Shown here: positions 8,895-16,674 of the stretch, piece by piece
How positions within the stretch are numbered: position 1 is the first letter of the stretch
How the letters are laid out: each line of letters begins with the position of its first letter
Source: an uncultured virus (IMG/VR IMGVR_UViG_3300020051_001048)
Lineage: Duplodnaviria > Heunggongvirae > Uroviricota > Caudoviricetes
Length of the DNA stretch: 20,000 bases
Virus record (IMG/VR): IMGVR_UViG_3300020051_001048
Strand: one strand, 5' to 3'
Translations under genes and position numbers: made by a program
Notes under the pieces: model-generated
What the model was told of the DNA's origin: nothing
Databases searched by the model: none
What the model saw: the letters and a program-made list of their open reading frames with translations, nothing else

Positions 8895-9626
8895 TTAGCA
8901 ATTAACTTTAGTTAAACAGCTTGCATGATAGTAGCTTACAGATTTAAGCTCGCAGTATTCTGATTTATCAAATCCGTAATATAACGCTTCCCCCCACAGC
9001 ATATGGTCTCCCCATCTATAAATATAGATACCTTGAGATTCATTTACCTTGTCTATAAAATATTTAACGGTATCGTTTCCTCTAATTTTATTTAGATCCC
9101 AAGCAACGAGATTAGTATACGGGCCGCCTATCTCCTGCCTTGGTTGATCTGGAAAAATCTTTTTACAGAAGTCACTAAGCCCGTAAACATTGAACCAATC
9201 GTCTCCGCACCATTTTCCATAGACGCAAACTTTTTCATCAAGGGCATCAAAAATATGATCTAAGTCTGAATAAATAGTGCAGTCTTCGTCAATTCTCAGT
9301 AATTGGTCATAGCTTTTAACATAATCTAGAAATCCAGAGAACCAGAAGTTACACATATGCCTATAGTTCCAACCCCAAGGTCTTGTTGGTTCAAATATTG
9401 CATGGTTTCTAGGTTCAAATTTAGGTATAGTTATGAACTGTAACGGAATCTTAGTTTTAGATTGTATATATTCTTGTTGATCTTCACTAATGTTTCCTTC
9501 GTTGAACACAAGAAAGTCGTAATCTCTCTGTATGTTCTCTTCTATGGAATTGTTTCTTTGAATAAAAGAATCATATTCATCTATGTTTTTATAACCTCTT
9601 GTTAATAATGCTATAGCTCTTTTCAT
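8895..9626 (-). CDS. GT15 (Kre2/Mnt1-like alpha-1,2-mannosyltransferase)-like glycosyltransferase
   Basis: NYRHMCNFW, YDQLLRIDEDC, YTNL and GIYIYRWGDH parallel the GT15 motifs YRHMCRF, YxYYWRVEPD, WSNF and GGFFYERWGDA. Confidence 0.7.
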   Translation of the reverse strand: MKRAIALLTRGYKNIDEYDSFIQRNNSIEENIQRDYDFLVFNEGNISEDQQEYIQSKTKIPLQFITIPKFEPRNHAIFEPTRPWGWNYRHMCNFWFSGFLDYVKSYDQLLRIDEDCTIYSDLDHIFDALDEKVCVYGKWCGDDWFNVYGLSDFCKKIFPDQPRQEIGGPYTNLVAWDLNKIRGNDTVKYFIDKVNESQGIYIYRWGDHMLWGEALYYGFDKSEYCELKSVSYYHASCLTKVNC

Positions 9627-11308
9627 TTAGAATTTCCTGCAATTTGGTTAATTCTTTGAACTCTGAGATTTTCCCAATAGTTTCTTTTTTCACACATTCC
9701 TCTTAGCTGTTGATATGCAATATCAAGGTCGAACGGATTCCTAAAACCCTGAGAGTCAAATATTTGACTACTCTCGTTGAAGTACATACCGCCAGTTGAG
9801 GATGTTGATTGTCTATACAACAAATCTCTTGTTAGTCTAGATTCAAAAAACGTATTAAGTTTGGAGCTATCTCCAAGAACATTAACAATTAACCATCTTG
9901 CGAGGTCTTTGTGTCTAACATTATCTTTCAGGTCTGGCTTTGGTGCTGGTTCTATAATTTTTGGTTCAGAACCCCACCCTTGCTGGAACTCAATTGGGTC
10001 AGTTTCATCAAAGTATTTCTCCCATCGAGCGCCACTTAAATGCCACTGATAGTGTTTTTCAAAGTTTTCTCTAGTCCTTTTACCCATAGCCACTCTATCT
10101 TCTTCATTCATTTTTTCAAAGAAGTGTAAGAAAATTTCTGAAGCATATTCATTATCTGGTACTGCTCTAAGACATCCTGTTTCCAGTTCTTTGTATAAAG
10201 CTGCTGGCGTGATAGTGAACCCTTCTAGCTTCCTTAAAACACTTTCCATAGCGGAATAATCAGTTCCGCACACGGGAACCCCACACGCCGCAGCTTCTAC
10301 TTGAGGGAGTCCGAATCCCTCGCAGTTTGCATATTGAGTATAAAGATCAAAACAGTTCATAACTTTTGCTAAATCTTCATAGCTCAAACCATTTTTAACG
10401 TTTGAAAGAGTTGACCCCCACTTCCCTGTATAGGGAGATTGAGCAATTGCGCCTTTAAATTTTGATGAGAATGGCTTTTTAGTCTCTGGGCAAATGTATG
10501 TGAATAGTACATTTGAGGCAATTCCATATTGGTTTAGTAGCTCTGGTATATCCCAACCAAGGTCTGGATAAGATGTATGACAGTAGAGATAATATTTCTT
10601 ACTCTTTGATTTATTTAAGAACTTTTTAAATGCTTCAAATAAATCAGGATATAGTTTACGGCGTTGATTGCGCATAACAGTGCCGATAATTTTATACTCT
10701 GGGTCAATTCCCATAGCTAACTTGTGAGCATTTTTATTATCTATTGGAGCATAAGCTGCGTGAGCAGATGGTGGCGCACTTCCTAGATAATTAATTTTAC
10801 CGCCAGACTGATCTTTTAAGACTCCACCAGCCCAATCAGAATATGTTAGACATCCATCTGCACCAGCATACGTGGCAATCCACTGTCTAGCTTGAGGTCT
10901 TGCGTCAACAGTAGGCATTACAACCCACTTAAAATATGGTCTAAATGGAGACCGTTCTGCAAAGTCAAGCATCCAAAAATCACGAATATCACAAACAAAA
11001 TCTGGTAAAAAATCCAAACAAACATTTTCAAATATCCATTCCCCAAATTGGTTGCTTGGTGAGCTTTGATACTTTTGTATTTCTTCTTGGCTCGCTTTTG
11101 GTTCATTGTGCATATTTGGCGCTACACCATAATATTTCCAAGGAATGTTTGCTGCCCTAGAGTCATTTCTTTCTCCGTAAGAAGACATTTCAGCAATTTC
11201 GTATTTACCAGTACTATGCAAATAGTTTAAGATTTCTCTAGTGTATGTAGCATATCCGGTGTTAAGAAATGTAGCTTCGCTACAGAATAGAATTCTTTTC
11301 TTTCTCAT
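9623..11308 (-). CDS. Large glycosyltransferase family 4 (GT-B) protein
   Basis: RILFCSEATFLNTGYA, IGTVMRNQRRKLYPDL, FDLYTQYANCEGFGLPQVEAAACGVPVCGTDYSAMES, plus a C-terminal extension of roughly 120 aa. Confidence 0.88.
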   Translation of the reverse strand: MRKKRILFCSEATFLNTGYATYTREILNYLHSTGKYEIAEMSSYGERNDSRAANIPWKYYGVAPNMHNEPKASQEEIQKYQSSPSNQFGEWIFENVCLDFLPDFVCDIRDFWMLDFAERSPFRPYFKWVVMPTVDARPQARQWIATYAGADGCLTYSDWAGGVLKDQSGGKINYLGSAPPSAHAAYAPIDNKNAHKLAMGIDPEYKIIGTVMRNQRRKLYPDLFEAFKKFLNKSKSKKYYLYCHTSYPDLGWDIPELLNQYGIASNVLFTYICPETKKPFSSKFKGAIAQSPYTGKWGSTLSNVKNGLSYEDLAKVMNCFDLYTQYANCEGFGLPQVEAAACGVPVCGTDYSAMESVLRKLEGFTITPAALYKELETGCLRAVPDNEYASEIFLHFFEKMNEEDRVAMGKRTRENFEKHYQWHLSGARWEKYFDETDPIEFQQGWGSEPKIIEPAPKPDLKDNVRHKDLARWLIVNVLGDSSKLNTFFESRLTRDLLYRQSTSSTGGMYFNESSQIFDSQGFRNPFDLDIAYQQLRGMCEKRNYWENLRVQRINQIAGNSK

Positions 11309-11309
11309 T

Positions 11310-11636
11310 TTATTCCTTTTCTAAGCACCCAAAGTCAAATTCGTTAATTCTAAATACAATATCATCAGTAGCATCTGTTTTCATGACACCATTTCTAGCA
11401 GAAGCATAGACGGTCATTTTAGTTCCTTTCTTGCCGAGCTTGGCGATTGTTTCTGCTCCAGATGCCCATGCTTGTAGAGTGATGGTCGTGGGAACTTTCT
11501 TTTTTTCTCCGCGCTTGTTCTTACGATACTCGTAAGTGACCAATTTGACAGTACAGCAGCTAGCTCCACCGTCTGCTTCCCCCGTTTCAATCTGTGGGTC
11601 ATGTAATAGATACCCAGTAAAAGTACAATTATTCAT
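11310..11636 (-). CDS. ssb: Single-stranded DNA-binding protein (OB fold), short, lacking the acidic tail
   Basis: MNNCTFTGYLLHDPQ...GEKKKVPTTITLQAWASGAETIAKLGKKGTKMTV follows the SSB pattern N...GxLxxDP...T.W...W...AE...KG. Start moved to ATG 11636 because AGGAG lies 6 nt upstream; the track start at 11663 is immediately downstream of the -10 box. Confidence 0.75.
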   Translation of the reverse strand: MNNCTFTGYLLHDPQIETGEADGGASCCTVKLVTYEYRKNKRGEKKKVPTTITLQAWASGAETIAKLGKKGTKMTVYASARNGVMKTDATDDIVFRINEFDFGCLEKE

Positions 11637-11668
11637 CAATTTCTCCTGTGTAAAATGTCTCACTCTAT

Positions 11669-11697
11669 ATTATAGCAGCAAGATAATAAAAAAACAA
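11669..11697 (-). promoter_or_regulatory. Sigma70-type promoter upstream of ssb and the glycosyltransferase run
   Basis: Minus strand reads TTGTTT-N17-TATAAT with an extended -10 (TGc-TATAAT), in the short gap between dnaE-C and ssb. Confidence 0.65.
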
Positions 11698-13257
11698 TTA
11701 AATTTCGTGAATTTTATCAATAATAAATGATCCATTCTTCTCTACCTCTCCGCAAAACAATAGATTTACACCTTCATCTAATATAAATACGTATTTATCT
11801 GTAGCTTGCGGGAATACAACCACGTTGTCGATAGAGCATGTGTCATCTTCAAGAGTTAAGAAGCACATATCTTTACCCTTACTCTTACCCTTCTGACACT
11901 TATACTTCTGTAGCCTACTAACATTTGCAACCAAGCATATGTTTTTACCAAATTTACCATCTAATATCTCTTTACATGTGGTATTAGAGTGTGAAGTGTC
12001 AGAAGCTTCTACTCTAGATAAAGATATAGGACATCCAAGATACTTCTTCTCTTGTTCTACAATCCACTCTGGGTGATCAGATAGATCGTATGGTGGGTTT
12101 TCTAAAAAATGAATTTCATTTCCTATGACCTGTTTTCTATCAACCTTGCTTGTTCCTCCACCCTCTTTTTTAGTTGGTGCAAGATCAACAAAGCAATCCT
12201 TTAATGTTTTCCACTTCTTAGATTTATAGTTATCAGTTACCCACTTTAGCTCTGCCTTGGTTAGATTTTTAAATATCAGGTATTCGTATAGAGCTTTATT
12301 TCTAGTAACGCCCGTTTTCTTTGTCGAAAAGAATCCTATAGAGCAAAGAGCTTTAAATCCAGTGGAGTTTATATTAGAAGACAGGTAGATTAGAATATCC
12401 ATCCAAGTAAGATTGTGTAGGGGTTTATTAATATCTTCCGACACTTTCTCAATAGCATTTATTACTTTATCTCCATTCACACCAGTAAGTGATTTAACAT
12501 CTTTAATACCAAAGCATAAATTATTCTTGTTAACAAAGAATGTTTTATCCCATGTCGTTATGTTTGGAAGTTTTACCTCAATGTCAAACAGTTTAGCTTC
12601 TGATACAAGTTCGTATACTTCTTGGTGGGGGTCTTGTTTTTCATTCGCGTAGGTTAGGTATGACAAAAAGAACTCTTTGGTGTAGTTTGCTTTATACCAA
12701 GCACTCTTGTAAGAGTTGATTGCATAGCACACAGCGTGAGATTTATTAAATGAATATCGCGAAGATTTCTCAATCCACCCAAATATTTCTTCTGCGATTT
12801 CTTTATCGACCTTTCCAACCTTTTCACAACCAATGAGAAAGTCTTTCTTGACTTCCGCCATGAGGTCTGCCTTCTTCTTACCAATAGCCTTACGCAGAAC
12901 ATCTGCTTCTTGAAGATTAAACCCAGCAAGGTCTTTCGCGATGCGCATAGATTGTTCTTGATAGATTAGAACGCCCTTGGTAGTTTCAAGTATATCTGTC
13001 AAAGTAATATGAAGATATTTAATTATATCAAGGCCGCTCTTCCTATCAACATAGTGTTGGGTCATAGACTTACCATCTGCAATAGCTTTTAGCGATCCCG
13101 GACGAATCAAAGCAATCAACGCTGAAAGTTCTTCAATATTAGTTGGTTGTAATCTTTTCGACCAAGCGCGACCAAGATTACTTTCTAATTGAAAGATACC
13201 TTTGGTTCTACCCTCTTTAAAAAGATTCCAAGTTTTTTCATCATTATAATCAATCAT
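11698..13257 (-). CDS. dnaE: DNA polymerase III alpha subunit, C-terminal half (fingers, HhH, OB fold) of a split dnaE
   Basis: TKGIFQLES, LIALIRPG, GVLIYQEQ, ADVLRKAIGKKK, YSFNKSHAVCY, EKKYLG, and the OB fold KGKDMCFLTLEDDT. It begins at the position equivalent to E. coli DnaE IPLDDKKSF. Confidence 0.92.
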   Translation of the reverse strand: MIDYNDEKTWNLFKEGRTKGIFQLESNLGRAWSKRLQPTNIEELSALIALIRPGSLKAIADGKSMTQHYVDRKSGLDIIKYLHITLTDILETTKGVLIYQEQSMRIAKDLAGFNLQEADVLRKAIGKKKADLMAEVKKDFLIGCEKVGKVDKEIAEEIFGWIEKSSRYSFNKSHAVCYAINSYKSAWYKANYTKEFFLSYLTYANEKQDPHQEVYELVSEAKLFDIEVKLPNITTWDKTFFVNKNNLCFGIKDVKSLTGVNGDKVINAIEKVSEDINKPLHNLTWMDILIYLSSNINSTGFKALCSIGFFSTKKTGVTRNKALYEYLIFKNLTKAELKWVTDNYKSKKWKTLKDCFVDLAPTKKEGGGTSKVDRKQVIGNEIHFLENPPYDLSDHPEWIVEQEKKYLGCPISLSRVEASDTSHSNTTCKEILDGKFGKNICLVANVSRLQKYKCQKGKSKGKDMCFLTLEDDTCSIDNVVVFPQATDKYVFILDEGVNLLFCGEVEKNGSFIIDKIHEI

Positions 13258-13726
13258 TATTTTTATTACTTTTTCTTTTCTGTTGAGCTTTTTTAGAGTT
13301 AAATCCGTTCGTCACCCATTGTAAATTTTCTACCCTGTAGTCTGACTTGTCATCGTTTATATGATCTACTTCTAGTTTTTTAGAAGTGTCATCATTTTCT
13401 ACAAATGCTAATGCTACTAATCTATGCATAGCTATTACAACTCCACCCATACCTATACAGGGGTACTGATTTCTAGTAGTGCTTATGGATAACTTTTTAC
13501 CTTTTGTTCCTATTACATACGGAAAACCACCAGTATTCTTATGAAGGAAATATTTACCAGAATCCATAGAGTTTAATTTAGAAATCATGATGTTAGATTT
13601 TCTATGCATCTCCTTGTCGCCAACAAAGTTAGCTTTTATCTTACTAACATCAATTACATCTTCATCAGAAATTTCATGGTTTGCCGCTTCCGATAATTCA
13701 AATAAAGTTAGCTGTCTTAAATTCAT
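13250..13726 (-). CDS. Free-standing HNH (HNH_3-type) endonuclease, putative homing endonuclease
   Basis: YPCI...MHRLVALAFVEN...EVDHINDDKSDYRVENLQWVTNGFN. Overlaps dnaQ (ATGA) and dnaE-C (ATGATTGA). Confidence 0.85.
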   Translation of the reverse strand: MNLRQLTLFELSEAANHEISDEDVIDVSKIKANFVGDKEMHRKSNIMISKLNSMDSGKYFLHKNTGGFPYVIGTKGKKLSISTTRNQYPCIGMGGVVIAMHRLVALAFVENDDTSKKLEVDHINDDKSDYRVENLQWVTNGFNSKKAQQKRKSNKNND

Positions 13727-14397
13727 AGATAAGTATTCCCGTTAGCAAATGCCTTTTCAAGTTTTAGGTTTCTATAAACAGCGCGATGAGTCTTCATGAA
13801 CTTAATCATCAGGTTAGCAGTATCCTTAACGTCCTGTAACGCATCGTGAGCGTTTTCAGAAGACATACCCATACGTTCTCTAATACTATCCATACTTCTA
13901 GTTTTAATAGATGGATCGCCTTCTGTCCACATCCAATAGTTGTCCATCATATCAATTTTATAAATTTGATGGAATAGCTTTTGCTTTTTCCTCTCTTTGT
14001 CCCAAGGTCCAAATTCTTCACATAATCTATCAATAATTATCATATCATAGCCAAGAATATTATAACCAGCGGGGATCGGAGCGAAGAATGGCGTGCTTTT
14101 CCAGTTGTATTTGTCAACAAATGCGCAAAACTTATTCCAAGTGGGTTTTAGTTTTGGCGCTTTTGCAATCTGCTCTCTGGTTTTACCAGTCACCTTTAGC
14201 GCACCTTCTTCTAATGGTGTTAAACCCATCTTGACTGCTTTATCATCATCTGTTTCAGCCCATATCTCACTATTAAAAGTTCCTTTTAGCTTTAAACTTC
14301 TACCATCTAGAGCTAGCGCAGCTATCTGAGTTGGTTGACACGTCCTTGGGTCACGGCCACCGGTTTCAAAGTCAAAGACTATAATATCTCTATTCAT
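13723..14397 (-). CDS. dnaQ: DEDDh 3'-5' exonuclease, DNA polymerase III epsilon-like
   Basis: ExoI VFDFETGG, ExoII GYNILGYD, ExoIII HDALQD. Embedded between the two dnaE halves. Confidence 0.85.
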   Translation of the reverse strand: MNRDIIVFDFETGGRDPRTCQPTQIAALALDGRSLKLKGTFNSEIWAETDDDKAVKMGLTPLEEGALKVTGKTREQIAKAPKLKPTWNKFCAFVDKYNWKSTPFFAPIPAGYNILGYDMIIIDRLCEEFGPWDKERKKQKLFHQIYKIDMMDNYWMWTEGDPSIKTRSMDSIRERMGMSSENAHDALQDVKDTANLMIKFMKTHRAVYRNLKLEKAFANGNTYL

Positions 14398-16027
14398 TTT
14401 TTTCCTTTATGAGTGCTTCAATATACATTAATTTATCTAATAGGTTAATTGCAAGAACGTCAAACTTAACGTGACCTAGAGCTTCTAAGTCTGTCATCTC
14501 AAGACCTGCAATCTTTTCTTTACTACTTTTTGAGTTTACCATAGGACACACTTGACCAAGAGGCTCTGCTGAAATGACAACACCAGCAGCATGTTTTCCT
14601 TGAGTTTTAAGTGTTCCTTCAATCTTAATAGCTTGCTCAAAATACTCAGCGTAATCACCCTCTAAATATCCTTTATCATTTACATGACAATAATCATATA
14701 ATCCTTCTGAGTTATTTTGCAATGCCCAGCGAATAATAGAGCGATCTTCCTCATCCATCTGCGATAGTTGATCAGATATGGCGGCTTCATCTGGAATGTA
14801 TTTAGTGATTTCATTCATAACGCTAAATCCACAAGCCTCGTTGACCCGTAGAATCTCTTTAATTGCGCTACGGCCTTGAAGTCTACCAAACGTCACCATC
14901 TGGCTTACATTCTCATGACCGTACTTATCTTTAATATTTTCAATAATTTGGTCGCGCTTCTTTCCGGGAATGTCAATGTCAATATCAGGCAAAGAAATGT
15001 TGTCTTTGGTGTTACGACCGGGGTTGTAAAATCTTTCAAACAAAAGGTCAAACTCGATTGGATCTACTTCTGTAATACCAATCAAATACGAAATCAAACA
15101 GCCAGCAGCAGAGCCACGACCCGGACCAACCATCCAACCTTGATCTTTTGCATACTGAATAATATCTTGAACGATCAAGAAATAACCAGACAATTTTGCT
15201 TCTTTTATAATATCAAACTCTTTTCTAAACCTATCGCCATATTCATTCCAGTATGGAGAGTCTTTTTCAATGTGCGGGAGTTTCTTTTTCCAGCCTTTTC
15301 TAGCAAGCTTAGTTAGGTATTGCTCTTCGGACTCTCCGTTTGGCGTTTTAAATTTTGGCAACTTAGGATTGCTTAGAATATTATAATTCTCACATTCGTT
15401 ATATATCTTTTCTAATTCCTGTAAACCTTCTGGGTCTTCTAGCATAACCTCTGTTGCTTCTATTTTATCTGGAACAAAGTAGTGAGAAAAGTCAAAGAAT
15501 TTCTTATTATCAAACTCTTCACCTTTTTGGTATAGTTTTCTCATTTTTGGTAGAGTAGTTTTCATCTCTGAACATAGAAGAATCCTGTGTAGGTTAGCGT
15601 CTTCTTTTTCTACATAGTGCATGTCTTGAAAACATTTGGTTTTATTATACCAGCCGCTTTTTACTGGTGAGTCAGCAGCGGATTCTGCGAGAACCAAAAG
15701 GTTGCCCTTATTGCAAATATCTGACATGTCGCTGCTATTATAGTTTCCGTCTGCATCTAGAAGAGATACAATTTTTATTAGGTCAAACCAACCGTCTTTA
15801 TTCTTAGCAAACAGAGTAAATTTATCAAACGAGCATCCTATTATTGGCTTAACATCATTTGCTACGCAGGCTTTATAAAAAGCAACTGATCCAGAGATAG
15901 TTTTATAGTCGGCAATTCCGCAAGCGCGAAAATTATTCTCCGCGCATTTCTTAGCAAGCTCTTTGGGTTTAGAGAAACCCTTTAGAAGTGAATAGTGCGT
16001 GTAATTACACAATGGGAACCAAGTCAT
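14390..16027 (-). CDS. dnaE: DNA polymerase III alpha subunit, N-terminal half (degenerate PHP, palm, thumb) of a split dnaE
   Basis: YSLLKG, KPIIGC, GYFLIVQD, VGPGRGSAAGCLISYLIGITEVDPI, LLFERFYNPGR, catalytic PDIDID, HAAGVVIS and KFDVL. It stops 20 codons after the last catalytic Asp. ATG 16027 has a GAAAGGA SD (the track uses TTG 16030). Confidence 0.92.
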   Translation of the reverse strand: MTWFPLCNYTHYSLLKGFSKPKELAKKCAENNFRACGIADYKTISGSVAFYKACVANDVKPIIGCSFDKFTLFAKNKDGWFDLIKIVSLLDADGNYNSSDMSDICNKGNLLVLAESAADSPVKSGWYNKTKCFQDMHYVEKEDANLHRILLCSEMKTTLPKMRKLYQKGEEFDNKKFFDFSHYFVPDKIEATEVMLEDPEGLQELEKIYNECENYNILSNPKLPKFKTPNGESEEQYLTKLARKGWKKKLPHIEKDSPYWNEYGDRFRKEFDIIKEAKLSGYFLIVQDIIQYAKDQGWMVGPGRGSAAGCLISYLIGITEVDPIEFDLLFERFYNPGRNTKDNISLPDIDIDIPGKKRDQIIENIKDKYGHENVSQMVTFGRLQGRSAIKEILRVNEACGFSVMNEITKYIPDEAAISDQLSQMDEEDRSIIRWALQNNSEGLYDYCHVNDKGYLEGDYAEYFEQAIKIEGTLKTQGKHAAGVVISAEPLGQVCPMVNSKSSKEKIAGLEMTDLEALGHVKFDVLAINLLDKLMYIEALIKEKNE

Positions 16028-16056
16028 CAATGTCCTTTCAAGTTAGTGTTCAATAT

Positions 16057-16086
16057 ATTATAGTCGGCAAATAATGATTTAGTGAA
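16057..16086 (-). promoter_or_regulatory. Sigma70-type promoter upstream of the split-dnaE cassette
   Basis: Minus strand TTCACT-N18-TATAAT in the gap before dnaE-N. It shares ATTAT-TTGC-n-CTATAATATA with the ssb promoter. Confidence 0.55.
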
Positions 16087-16095
16087 ACAAAAAAC

Positions 16096-16674
16096 TTATT
16101 TTTTCACTTTACACATAAAGGATGGAAATTGCTCATTAGTGATTCCCACCATTTCTAAATGATCTTCTTGAATAGCTTCTATGACAGGAATGATTACACC
16201 TGCGCCCCACACACTAGGGGTTACGCAAAAGTCGTGTCCTGAAATTATTCCGTCTTTTTTTACAACTCTAATGCAACGTTGAAGCTGATCTGTCATAGAC
16301 TTTTGATCGTGACCAGAATCTATGTAAACCCAGTCTAAAGAGTTATCTGATTGTTTATCTAACCACGAGGATATCTCAGACCTACATACTTCTACTTTAT
16401 CATTCCCTAGAAATACAGACGACACAAACTCAGAATAGTTATCGAACTTTCTTCTTTCTTTTTTTTCGCAAATATTCCCCGGCGTATTAAAACCTGCTAT
16501 TGCAACTGGCGGTTGATCGCTCGGCCACAAATCTACAAGAAAAAGTTTACTTGGTTTTGCTTGATGTAGAAGGTTTATAGCATTATACCCCTTCGCTACA
16601 CCTAGCTCCGCACCGATTCCTTTAGAGGGAATGTGCGAAAACATATCTATTCTATTAGAGTGAAAGTAAATCAT
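16096..16674 (-). CDS. Class I SAM-dependent methyltransferase (Methyltransf_24-like)
   Basis: GAELGVAKG, LFLVDLW, LDWVYIDSGHD, VKKDGIISGHDF. Confidence 0.85.
   Translation of the reverse strand: MIYFHSNRIDMFSHIPSKGIGAELGVAKGYNAINLLHQAKPSKLFLVDLWPSDQPPVAIAGFNTPGNICEKKERRKFDNYSEFVSSVFLGNDKVEVCRSEISSWLDKQSDNSLDWVYIDSGHDQKSMTDQLQRCIRVVKKDGIISGHDFCVTPSVWGAGVIIPVIEAIQEDHLEMVGITNEQFPSFMCKVKK

Noticed and set aside
14375..14410. Stop-codon readthrough or frameshift fusing DnaE-N to DnaQ (TAG stop, A7 run)
   Set aside because: Reading through TAG meets TGA after five more codons. A7 runs are common in this AT-rich DNA, and dnaQ has its own AAGGA SD and ATG, so translational coupling is the simpler explanation.
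13200..14450. Split intein or self-splicing intron rejoining the dnaE halves
   Set aside because: There is no Cys/Ser-initiated intein N-block after the DnaE-N palm and no HN-C/S/T block before DnaE-C homology starts. The interval is fully occupied by overlapping ORFs, with no evident room for an intron core. Not tested with covariance models.
14876..15316. Plus-strand ORFs (e.g. 14876-15316, 19552-19965, 17936-18277, 1721-2011) and short nested minus-strand ORFs
   Set aside because: They lie antisense to or within well-supported genes and show no recognisable motifs, so they are treated as shadow ORFs.
11698..16027. dnaE as a pseudogene
   Set aside because: Both halves are long and intact with polymerase motifs preserved, have their own starts, and break at a domain boundary.
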